From the NCBI RefSeq assembly GCF_006345805.1, contig NC_043004.1:58714001-58778000 (forward strand): 64,000 nt of DNA, given 5' to 3'. This document shows positions 28,479 through 39,934 of the stretch, one piece after another; positions within the stretch are counted from its first letter, which is position 1; each line of letters starts with the position of its first letter. Position numbers and translations under genes: made by a program. This stretch comes from Octopus sinensis. Taxonomy: Eukaryota. Under the pieces are notes generated by a model. It made no database searches. It saw nothing but the letters and a program-made list of their open reading frames with translations, and was not told the origin of the DNA.

Positions 28479-28881
28479 CTCTTTTACTCTTTTACTTGTT
28501 TCAGTCATTTGACTGCGGCCATGCTGGAGTACCACCTTTAGTCGAGCAAATCGACCCCGGGACTTATTCTTTGTAGGCCCAGTACTTATTCTATCGGTCT
28601 CTTTTTGCCGAACCGCTAAGTGACGGGGACGTAAACACACCAGTATCGGTTGTCAAGCAATGCTAGGGGACAAACACAAACATACACGCACACACACATA
28701 TATATATATACATATATACGACAGGCTTCTTTCAGTTTCTGTCTACCAAATCCACTCACATGGCTTTGGTCGGCCCGGGGCTATAGTAGAAGACACTTGC
28801 CCAAGATGCCATGCAGTGGGACTGAACCCGGAACCATGTGGTTAGTTAGCAAGCTACATACCACACAGCCACTCCTTCGCC
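28479..28881 (-). mobile_element. SINE family A copy
   Basis: Full length. Confidence 0.9.
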
Positions 28882-29316
28882 TATATATATATATATAACA
28901 AATGATGGAAAATGGAATATGCAAGAAACTTTATTGTTCACAATGATTACTTTGACCCATCTTACTTCGGTCACTCAGTGCAGACATATCTTGTCAGGTG
29001 AAGTTATAAGGGATGACTCATTTGATAAATTCTCTTTCACTTGGTTTTAATACAGTGTGTTGTTAGTGACCATAAGTTTAAGCTGTTGGGCAGTAATGAC
29101 ATTAGGTAGCCACAGGCAGTGAACGTGCTTCATCAGCTTACTACCAGGAACATACCCAACACTCAAAAAATATATATATATATGTGTGTGTGTGTGTATC
29201 TATATATGTATCTGTATACCGGAGTAAACACATAGATGGAAAAAGAGGTGGAAAAAAAGAGTACTCAAATACCAGTGGTAGAGTAATATGCTTTATTTAA
29301 AGCAGCAGAAAATTCA

Positions 29317-29367
29317 ACAAAACCTGTTACTCTGAGTTTCACGTTGCCGTTCATCGGACAGTTTTGC
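29317..29367 (-). ncRNA. Type I hammerhead ribozyme motif (left arm), U4C core variant
   Basis: CTGT-CCGATGA-ACG(GCAA)CGT-GAAAC-TCAGA-GTA-ACAG. Stems I, II (GNRA loop) and III all pair; GUA cleavage triplet. Confidence 0.75.
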
Positions 29368-29379
29368 TAGAATATTCTA

Positions 29380-29431
29380 GCAAAAACTGTCCGATGAACG
29401 GCAAAGTGAAACTCAGAGTAACAGGTTTTGT
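29380..29431 (+). ncRNA. Type I hammerhead ribozyme motif (right arm)
   Basis: CCGATGA 29391-97, GAAAC 29408-12, GTA 29418-20; stem II has one mismatch (ACG/AGT). Confidence 0.68.
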
Positions 29432-29898
29432 TGAATTTTCTACTGCTTTAAATAAAGTATGTATATGTATATATTATCATTGTTATCTTCATTTAACATC
29501 TGTTTCCATGCAAGGTGTTAGCGCCATGTAAAAGCACCCAATACACTCTGTAAAGGTATTAGGAAGGGCATCCAGCCATAGGAATCATACAAAAGAAGAC
29601 ACTTCCTGTCTCACACACACACACACATGCATACATGCCCACACACACATACACATATACACACACATTGTATATACGTAAAACAGAGAGTGTAATCAAT
29701 GCTTATGCTTTATATAATGTACACATATTTCAGGAGACCAGCAAAATATCAACAATGTCAGCTTAAGTGACTTCTAACATGATAAATGTATCTGGCTCTT
29801 TTTATTAGCAATATTGTCAAAAATACAACACAAAAGACAAAGAACTACCTTTTGGTACTGCGTTGCACTATCTGGCGGACCTCCAGGATAATATACCT

Positions 29899-30085
29899 AT
29901 TTCTTTATTACCCACAAGCGGCTAAACATAGAGGGGACAAACAAGGACAGACAAACAGATTAAGTCGATTATATCAACCCCAGCGCTTAACAGGTACCTT
30001 ATTTATCGACCCCGAAAGGATGAAAGGCAAAGTCAACCTCAGCGGAATTTGAACTCACAACGTAACGACAGACGAAATAGCGCTC
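29899..30085 (-). mobile_element. SINE family B copy, 5' truncated
   Basis: Homologous to 20387-20616. Confidence 0.8.
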
Positions 30086-30302
30086 AGTGTTTGTGCATCA
30101 TTTTGATAGAGCAGGATTGTTATAAATAAGCATCACCATCATCATATTTTCAGCTCTCTGTGGAAACATATTTGTCCTTAGGGAACTGTTATCTTGCTTA
30201 GAAACTGGAAGGGCATCCACTTGTAGAAAATGTATTTCAATGAATTCTCTCTGACCCATAAAGCATGTAAATGTAGGCCTTTTATTACAGTGATATATAT
30301 AT

Positions 30303-30532
30303 ATTTCTTTACTACCCACAAGGGGTTAAACACAGAGGGGGAAAACAAGGACAGACAAATGGATTAAGTCGATTACATCGACCCCAGTGTGTAACTGGTA
30401 CTTTATTTATCGACCCCGAAAGGATGAAAGGCAAAGTCGACCTTGAAAGAATTTGAACCCAGAACGTAACGGCAGACTAAATGCGGCTACACATTTCGCC
30501 CGGTGTGCTAACGTTTCTGCCAGTTCGCCGCC
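30303..30532 (-). mobile_element. SINE family B copy, full length
   Basis: Homologous to 20387-20616. Confidence 0.85.
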
Positions 30533-30552
30533 TTAATATATATATATATATA

Positions 30553-30734
30553 GGCACAGGAGTGGCTGTGTGGTAAGTAGCTTGCTTCCCAACCACATGG
30601 TTCTGGGCTCAATCCCACTGTGTGATACCTTGAGCCAAGTGCCTTCTAACATAGCCTTGGGCTGACCTTGTGAGTGAAATTTGGTAGACGGAAGCTGAAA
30701 GAAGCCCGTCATATATATATGTGTGTGTGTGTAC

Positions 30735-30769
<35 letters not shown>

Positions 30770-30980
30770 CATAAATATATAAATATATGTATATATATAT
30801 ATGTATGTATGTGTATGTATATGTTTGTGTGCATGTCCCCATAACTTAGTGATTTGGCAAAAGAGATCGATAGAATAAGTACTAGGCTTACAAAGAATAA
30901 GGTCTGGGGTCAATTTGCTCGACTAAAGGCAGTGGTCCAGCATGGCCACAGTCAAAATGACTGAAACGAGTAAGAGAGAG
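30553..30980 (+). mobile_element. SINE family A copy
   Basis: Head-to-head with the SINE-B at 30303-30532, separated by (TA)n. Confidence 0.85.
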
Positions 30981-32645
30981 TATATGTCTGTGTGCATGTG
31001 TGTGTGTGTGTGTGTGTGAGTATATGTAGAGGCACATGGTTTAGGGATTAGTGTGTTGGACTCGTGATAGTAAGATTGCGGTTTTAGTTCTTAGATTAAG
31101 TGATGCATTGTGTTCATTTCACATTGGTAAAACTGAGAAATCCTGTAATAGACCAGCATCCCATCCAGGGTGGAATATATCCATCAGAGAAACTGGGAAA
31201 CCAGCCTGTCCTCCTTACGAAGTAATGTGGACTAACCACATGCATACACATACACATACACATGCGCATATATATGATGGGCTTCTTTCAGTTTCCGTCT
31301 ACCAAATCCACTCACAAGGCTTTGTTAGAAGGCACTTGTCCCAAAGAATCACACAGTGGGATTGAGCCCAGAACCATGAGGTTGGGAAACAAACTTCTTA
31401 TCACGTGTCAAACATTGGCACTTACCTTCGTGCTTGATTATGGATTGTATATGTTTTGAGAAATGGCATTTACAGAAGACAAAAGGGACATAAAGTCTAG
31501 AGAAATACAGTAGTTTAGGAAGGTAGAGATTTCATTAGGCAAAATGCTGAGCTGTTTGATCAAACAAAATACTTGGCATACTGAGCGAATAAAGCAAAAA
31601 GGAAACTTGATACCATAAACTTGATACTAAAACTTGATGTTAACTGAGATTTTGTGAGGAAGCTTAAGCATTACTTGAAGAACCACATCGGGTAGATAAA
31701 CATTTAGAAAACATTTGATACGATACCTAGATAGAAAATCTATGATTGTTTACATAAGCTCCCCTGTTGCAGATTCTCTGGCGATTTATTACAAATAAAC
31801 ATTTGTGGTTAATATCAGAAATTTACAAACTGGATGATGATAAGTTAGGATATGTTAATTAACAAATACAGCATGCAATTTTTAAAATGCTTATTAAGTA
31901 TACAATTGATTTCTTTTTTTTTCCTATCAATTTCATAACCAATCAATATATTGATCTGAATTAAAAAGAATAGTTCAGTCTGACTTTGTAAAATAGACAA
32001 ACAGAAAAATAATCCACAGTTAGAAATAAAAACAGTGCTAAGCAACAGACAGAATTAAGAGAATATCGACTCTATGAATGTGTTGGTTAGCCAAGGATTT
32101 CAATAACAGTTCATTGATTTATTACCAGAAATAGAATGTAATTATTATTTTCTTTCATTTTACTATTTTGTTTGTTTTTTTGATTCATTTATTGTTTCCT
32201 TTTTTTTTTATTTTATTTATTTATTAACGGAAGTAAGTTATGGGCAATTACTTTGGTTTAACAAGAACCTACCGATGAGTTGTTTGTTAGCTTCCATCAT
32301 TTATGACATGGGACCATGATGAGGAATGAATGCTGTGTTCGGTGTGAGTTAGGGATATGTTGCAGCTTAGCATATGTAGGAGTTTGTGGCTCATGGATGA
32401 ATGCATTTGAATATAGCTGCTTACGAATGCCTTCAGCCATAACCATGTGCAATTGATCCATCTCTGCCACACAACAGGTTGAGTGTATATAGTAAATGTT
32501 ATACACCTAATACACATGAAACCTGTTTCATAGTCAATGTTTATTTCTCTCCACCTTTCAGCAGGATATTACATCTTTTTATCATTTCCATGTTTTAGTC
32601 ATTGAGGTGCAGCCATGCTGGGGCACTGCCTTGAAGGGTGTAGTT

Positions 32646-33697
32646 CAGGGGTTCTCAACTATTTTTTATCTACGGCTCCCTTTGATTACTATTTCAATTC
32701 TAGTGGACCATCATAACCATTTTGTTTTTCACACATCAACTTGTGTAGGTTGGACTATTGTAAAGTGTTAGAGAAAGAAACTTAGTTGTTTCTTTCAATA
32801 AATACATCTAAAGCAAATCTTTATCAGGGACCCTTAAAGTTCTACTGTAGATACCCAATTTACTATTTCACTTGTGTAGACCACATTTGCTTACTATTGG
32901 GTTGTCCAGAAAGTTTGTACCAATTTATAGTAGCTTACCTTTCGACTTATTTTAGAACATGGTTGAGTCCATAAAATAGGATTTGACTACACCTCCATTT
33001 AGAGCACAGTTTAAGCTATCTTTTCGTGGAAGAAGGTTTATGTTCCTATAACCTATGTTAATTCTGTAACCCTTTAAAATGGAAGATAAGTTCATTTTCA
33101 GCACTTGATGCTTTGGGAACCAGACAAATATTGCTACAGCTTGGCTGGGATGTGTTACCCCACCCTCCATATTCACCAGATATTGCTCCAGGTCTCTGCA
33201 GAATAGTCTTAATGGTAAAAATTTCAATTCCTTAGATGATGTAAAAAGATACCTTGATGAACTCTTTGCCATGAAACCACCTTAATTCTGGGAAGAGGGT
33301 ATTTTCAATTTAAAGGAAAGATGGTGATGCATTGTGCAACAAAATGGTATATATTTGGTTGATTAAAAATGATTAAAAAACCTTTTTGTTTCCTTTAAAA
33401 ATCGGCACAGACCTTCTGAATAACCCAATACTTTATTCGAGTGGACTCCTATAGTGATTTGATATTTAAAAGCTAGTTTTATAGAAACTTCTTCCAAAAT
33501 TCCTATTTTGTTTATCATGTAAAATGGGAGAAAAAGAAATCTCAATGTTTCTTGCAATACATACATCTAACGTAACATTTTTTCAGGGCTCCTTTGAAAT
33601 ATTAAAGTGGATCCCCAATTTACTATATTATTGCATAGCCCCAAAAAATCTTATATGGACCCACAGGGGCCATATAGACCATGGTTGAGAACCATTG
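32646..33697. mobile_element. hAT (Charlie-like) non-autonomous element hosting a nested mariner
   Basis: TIRs CAGGGGTTCTCAAC / GTTGAGAACCATTG; 8-bp flanking duplication GTGTAGTT / GTTTAGTT (7 of 8). Confidence 0.8.
32895..33430 (+). mobile_element. Internally deleted mariner element
   Basis: TA-flanked imperfect TIRs (ttgggttgtccagaaagtttgtaccaattt / aaaatcggcacagaccttctgaataacccaa). Residual MEDK..HFQHLMLWE fused to QLGWDVLPHPPYSPDIAP...SLQNSLNGKNF. Confidence 0.88.
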
Positions 33698-33893
33698 GTT
33701 TAGTTGATCAAATATCTCCCAAGCCTGGTAATTATATTGTCATCACTTTTGCTGAACTGCTAAGTTACAGGGATGGAAGCAAACCAATACCAGTTATGGT
33801 ATAATAATTCAGAGCTTAAATATTAACATATCCACTCTAATGAGAAATATATGAGTGCCTATTTTTACTGACTTATGGATGGGTTCTTCGATG

Positions 33894-34035
<142 letters not shown>

Positions 34036-34680
34036 TACATACATACTTACACAACCCTGCATATATACACCTAAACCGTATGCTCCTTCCTTCCACCACA
34101 CACACACACACACATACATGCACATACACAAAGGCAGTGCCCCATTCACACATATATATATCACATGATCATGTGATTGAGCAGACTGTTGAATGCTGTT
34201 ATACATCGCTAGTCACAATGCACTTTGCATCATCTTAGCTTTCTAACGAAGCCACCCTACTGACTAAGTCAGCAGGCCAAAATACATACATATACATATA
34301 TATATACACATACACACACACACATACATACATACATATACATACATACAGGATGAGCCAAAAGTCATGCACAAAATTCAATATGTTCTAGAATTGTCTA
34401 TGACATGTTTCAGTTTTTCTAAAATTGAATAAAACAATATTGAACACATACGTACTTGTACACGTTGAACGAAATGAATAATAATAATAACAATAATAAT
34501 AATAACTACACTCACGGAGTGGTTAGCATTAGGAAGGGCATCCAGCTGTAGAAACACTGCCAGATCAGACTGGGCCTGGTGCAGCCTTCTGGCTTCCCAG
34601 ACCCCAGTTGCACCGTCCAACCCATGCTAGCATGGAAAGCGGGCGTTAAACGATGATGATGATGATATATATATATATAT

Positions 34681-34751
<71 letters not shown>

Positions 34752-34769
34752 TAGATAGATAGATATAAT

Positions 34770-36235
34770 ATAGTGTTGACTATAGTCTACTCACCTGTAT
34801 AGTCAATCAGGTGATACATGAAGGAGTCATATCCAATGACTGGTGTAGTAGTGCCATAGTCAACTGCTACAAAGTTAAAGGTGATGCATTAGATGTGAAT
34901 AATTACAGAGGTATCAAGTTGTTAGATCAGGTGATGAAAGTCACGGAGAGAGTCATAGCCTAACTAAATAGGGAGAGAGTTGGTTTAGATGAGATGTTGT
35001 TTGGGTTTGTGCCTGGGAAAGCACCACTGAAGCTATATTTCTGGTAAGACAGCTGCAGAAGAAATACCTAGCCAAAGATAAACATCTGTACCTGGTTTTC
35101 ATTGACATGGAGAAAGCCTTTGACAGGGTCCCCTGATCCATTATCTGGTGGCCAATGTGAAAACTAGGGATAGATGAGTGGTTTGTGGGAGCTGTACAAG
35201 CCATGTACAGGGATGCTGTCAGTAAGATGAGGGTTGGCAACAAGTATAGTGAAGAATTTCGGATAGGGGTAGGGGTCCACCAAGGATCAGTCCTCAGCCC
35301 CCTCTGATTCATCGTAGTCCTCCAGGTAATAACAGAGGAACCCAAGACAGAATGCCCCTGGGAGCTTCTCTATGCTAATGACCTTGCTCTAATATCAGAA
35401 CTAGAGGAGAAGTTTCAGGTGTAGAAGCAAGGTCTAGAATTGAAGGGCCTTAGAGTCAATATAACAAAAACCAAAGTCTTAATAAGTAGGAAGGCAGATA
35501 AATTACAAATCCCTTCCGGTAGATGGCTCTGCTCAATCTGCAAAAAAGGCATAGGTAGAAACTCCATAAGATGTCCCTGGTGTAAGTTATGGACACATAA
35601 GAGGTGCAGTAATATTAAAGGAAGGCTAACTGGGAAGATAGTTTTTGTGTGTGGCAAATGCTCAGGAAATAAACACTGAAAATGTGCAGAAAACATCTTC
35701 CGTCACATGCCAAGAGGAAAAACTAGAAGTAGTTGATAGCTTCCATTACCTAGGTGACCAAGTCAGTATCAGGGGTGGATGCTCTGAGAGTATAGCTGCC
35801 AGAATAAGAATAGCTTGGGCAAAGTTCAGAAAGCTCCTATCTCTGCTGGGGACAAAGGGCCTCTCACTCAGAGTAAAAGGAAGACTGTATGATGCATGTG
35901 TGCAAACAGCCATGCTACATGGCAGTGAAACATGGGCCATGACTGCTGAGGACAAGTGTAAGCCTGCAACAAATGAAGCTAGTATGCTCCGCTGGATGTG
36001 TAATGTCAGTGTACATACAGGACAGAGTGTAAGCTCCTTGAGAGAAAAGTTGAATGTAAGAAGCATCAGATGTGGTATGCAAGAGAGACGACTGTGCTGG
36101 TATGGTCATGTGTTGCGTATGGATGAGAACAGCTGTGTGAAAAAGTGTAATACCCTAGCAGTAGAGGGAACCTGTGGAAGAGGTAGACCCAGGAAGATCT
36201 GAGATGAGGTGGTGAAGCACGACCTTCAAACACTG
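34770..36235 (+). mobile_element. Decayed RTE-clade LINE (RT + C-terminus) with an internal PHD-like finger
   Basis: DWCSSAIVNCYKVKGDALDVNNYRGIKLL, FIDMEKAFDRVP, GVHQGSVLSPL, ELLYANDL, GLRVNITKTK, FHYLGD, WYGHVLRM, GRGRPRK; several stops and frameshifts; breaks off at KHDLQTL. Confidence 0.9.
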
Positions 36236-36950
36236 TCAGGTTGTTATGGGGAGAACGTAGGAAGGGGCAGCATGTGTGAGTATATAGTTCTATATGTTGG
36301 TATGCAGACATGCTCATATGGTTTTGTGTGCATGTGTGTATTGATGCAAGTGTGCACATCTGTACATGGGCACACACACACACACACACATACGCACATA
36401 CATACAAGCACATATGCACACACATACAGACAAGCATACACACATGCACACATGCATATTCATTCATATGTACATACATATATTCGCATACATGTACACA
36501 TACATACTAGTGTGCATGTACACACACATGCACATGAGCACTTGTGCGTGAGTATACATGCAAAAAACAAGCATTAGGGATTGGTATGCATTGGGGGCTG
36601 GTATGAGAATCCATCCACCACTACATCTACGGATAAATTCAGCTTTCAATCTTGAAAGTGACCCCCACGTATGAAAGACCTTGAGAACTTTGAGACTGAC
36701 CTATGGAACATCGTAAAGAAGGTAAGGTTTGGCATTATTCTAACCCCTTCCTTAAATCCCTAATTAATTATATGACCAGCATTAAACAAGCACCTAACAT
36801 ACACACCTGCACAGACAAACAAAAAATATATACGAAATGAACTCTTTCACACAATTCTTGTAAGTGCCATCACCAAAACATACAAGAAAACCCATAATTC
36901 CATATACAATGACATAAACACAAAAGCAAAGGAGCTAGTTATCCTCCTTA

Positions 36951-37140
36951 ATAGGGGTAGGGGTCCACCAAGGATCAGTCCTCAGCCCCCTCTGATTCAT
37001 CGTAGTCCTCCAGGTAATAACAGAGGAACCCAAGACAGAATGCCCCTGGGAGCTTCTCTATGCTAATGACCTTGCTCTAATATCAGAACTAGAGGAGAAG
37101 TTTCAGGTGTAGAAGCAAGATCTAGAATTGAAGGGCCTTA
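36951..37140 (+). repeat. 190-bp copy of RTE segment 35263-35452 inserted in the Penelope ORF
   Basis: One mismatch seen in 190 bp; carries the same inactivating TGA and small deletion as the donor. Confidence 0.92.
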
Positions 37141-39240
37141 ACACATGACTCCCCCTCCCTTATTACACTTAAAGACCATAAGCCTAACTTCTGCCCCAAT
37201 CCCAAATGCAGGCTGATCAACCCCTCTGAAAGTGAGATAGGTATTAATAGTAAACATATTCTTAATACTATCAACTCTGGTATCAGAAGAGCTACAGAGT
37301 TGACTCAATGGAACTCCAGTGCAGCCATAGTCAGCTGGATCCACGGTATCAAGAATAAATCAGCCTGTAGACTCACCAAGTTCAACATCATCAACTTCTG
37401 CTCTTCCATATCTAAGCCTCTCCTAAAGGCCCTAACTTTTGTCTGCAATACACCAGCATTAGTGATCTTCACATCAGAATTATCTTGAATGCCAGAAAGT
37501 CAATTCTGGCGCACAATGATTCCTTCAGAGTGAAAAGAAGGAAGTTGACCCATTGTTCGATGTCTCTATGGAAAGCTTTGACAGGGCTGAAATTGCCAAC
37601 CTCATAAGGTTATACATCTTGTATACCCTCAAGAGATGTAACTACCTACATAGGTCGGCCCTCTATAGGGATGACAGCCTGGCTATCTTAAGCCATATGA
37701 ACGGCCACACCATGGACAGGTTCAGGAAGGACTTGATAAAAATATTTAAGGTGTTTGGCCTGTCCATAATGGTCACCACCAACCTGACTACGGTTGATTT
37801 CTTGGACGTAACCTTAGACCTGAGTATGGGCAAGTATTACCCATACAGGATGCCTAATGAGAATACAGTATACATCCACAAGAGCTCAAACCATTCCCCT
37901 GCTGTGGTATAATTCCCCTTTAAACCTAGAAATTTCCATGAACGTAGCGAGGAGCTTCCTGTCACTAATTAATAAACATTTCCCGAGAGGCCATATGCAT
38001 TACAAACTCTTCAAACCTCCATAATGTCAAGGGGAGCTACTCCTGCTTAGACAACATCGCATCTAACATCATAAAAATGCACCCGCACCACTCCCAACCC
38101 CAACCAGCAACTGCTGAAACACCACCATGTGCCCTCTCGAAGGATCTTGCCACTCAAAGGCTGTAGTATACAGATTCACCCTTACACCATCTGCTGGCAC
38201 TGCTAGGCACTATACGGGTATGACAGCTAATGACTTCAAGGGAAGATACTCCTAGTACATGCACTCGTTCAGATCCAAGGACAGAAAGAACTCTACTTCC
38301 CTGTTTCATTTTATCTGGAGATTCCATGATCTCCGAGACAAAATATCCAGCATCAAGTGGACTATTGTCGATAGAGCACCACCATATTCACTCAGTGCCC
38401 CCCCCCCCCCCAACTGCTAGCTTTGCTTCCACCAACAACCTACAGTATCCATCAACAAGAAATACGATTTATCGTATTGTTGTCACCAAAGGTATGCTCT
38501 TCTGGCAAATTTCAGGCCTCTGAATGCTGACAACCTGGATATACCACCTTAGCACCAGCTACTACTCTGCACCACCTGCACCAAGGTCACTGCAACCAAC
38601 CAACCCCATGAGCAGGACTGCCAATTACCAATCCCCAACGTTTACCAACCCCCAATGCATACCAATCCGTAATGCTTACCAATCCCCAACACTTGTTTTG
38701 CATGTGTATACTCATGCATACAGGTGCACATGTGCATGTGCATGTGTGTGCACACACACTGGTATGTACATGTATGTGAATATACATACCTATGAATGAA
38801 TATGCGTGTGTGTGTGTGTATGAGTGTGTGCATGTGTACATATGCATGTATATGCATGTACATATGCATGCATGCATATGTGCATGTGTGTGTTTGTCTA
38901 AGTGTGTGTGTGTGTGCAGAGATGCACATGTGTCCCCATGTACAAATGTGCCTGCTCACATCAATACACACATGCACACAAAACCATATGAGCGCATCTG
39001 TACAGCAACAGATAGAACTATATGCAGCATACACATGCTGCCCCTTCCTACTTCTCCCGCCAACAACCCAACCAATTTTCTATGTGCTATTTTCCTGTCC
39101 TCCATGTAGCCAATTTCCTGTTCACCATGCGGTATTTTCAAACTAACTGTAACCCATATACCAACATCAAACCACAACACTGTGTGACCTTCCTCAACCA
39201 ATCACAGCTCACCTTATGCTAATAACAATTAACTTCTGTC

Positions 39241-39307
39241 ATTCAAATTCAAAATGGCTGATGACTAGCATCATGCTTGAAACTCAAGAGTACCAATGAA
39301 CTTGAAT
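39241..39307 (+). ncRNA. Type I hammerhead ribozyme in the Penelope 3' repeat
   Basis: TTCAAATTCA-AAA-TGG CTGATGA(39258-64) c-t-AGCA(TCA)TGCT-t GAAAC TC(AA)GA GTA CCA-A-TGAACTTGAA; long bulged stem I, GUA triplet. Confidence 0.78.
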
Positions 39308-39502
39308 CAAACTATTTTGATGCATACATGTAACTCCAAATAAATTTGTTGAATGCCCTTCAGTCATGGCTGTGTGGTAAAAAGCTTGCTTCCAAACCAC
39401 ATGATTCTGGGCAAATGTCTTCTACTATAGCCTTGGGCCAACCAAAGCCTTGTGAATGGATATGATAGATGGAAACTGAAAGAAGCCTGTTATATATATA
39501 TA

Positions 39503-39534
<32 letters not shown>

Positions 39535-39554
39535 ATACATATATATATATATTA

Positions 39555-39601
<47 letters not shown>

Positions 39602-39703
39602 AAGTTAATCCAAACATGAAAACACCAAGAGAAAACACAACAACGCGAGGACGTTGAACAAATATAGTATTATGGATGCTCAGGAAGGAAGGGAAGAAGG
39701 AGG

Positions 39704-39738
39704 GTTTTATGTTTCGAGCAGAGCTCTTCGTCAGAAAC
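39704..39738 (-). ncRNA. Minimal PLE-type hammerhead motif, probably inactivated
   Basis: GTTT-CTGACGA-A-GAGC(TCT)GCTC-GAAAC-ATA-AAAC; the expected GAAAC-GTA has a CpG-type G>A change. Lies in a separate repeat at ~39600-39775. Confidence 0.6.
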
Positions 39739-39828
39739 ATAGGAAAAGGAAAGATCTAGAGAAGGGAAGACGAAGGATATATATGTTTATATATATATAT
39801 ATATATTTATATGTATATATATATATTA

Positions 39829-39908
<80 letters not shown>

Positions 39909-39934
39909 TAATATATATATATATATATATATCA

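Larger units (their letters stand above)
29291..29457. repeat. Spacerless palindrome with 83/84-bp arms, centred on CTAGAAT|ATTCTAG
   Basis: Arms differ by two substitutions and one homopolymer indel. Confidence 0.95.
36236..39340 (+). mobile_element. Penelope-like element (RT + GIY-YIG) with inverted partial terminal repeat
   Basis: Decayed ORF ~36604-38525: ITLKDHKPNF..PKCRLINPS, LYRDDSLA, VDFLDVTLDL, and GIY-YIG AVVY...HYTGMT.NDFKGRY...SF...NSTSL. 36236-36603 is an inverted copy of 38643-39068; hammerhead near the 3' end. Confidence 0.85.

Noticed and set aside
32270-32490. Exon-like minus-strand island (ORFs 32287-32517 and 32297-32506)
   Set aside because: Every frame stops before the candidate donor, and the peptides are unrecognised.
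39813-39932. Long palindrome TTAACACAC-(TA)n-GTGTGTTAA
   Set aside because: Nearly all pairing comes from self-complementary (TA)n; ordinary microsatellite turnover.
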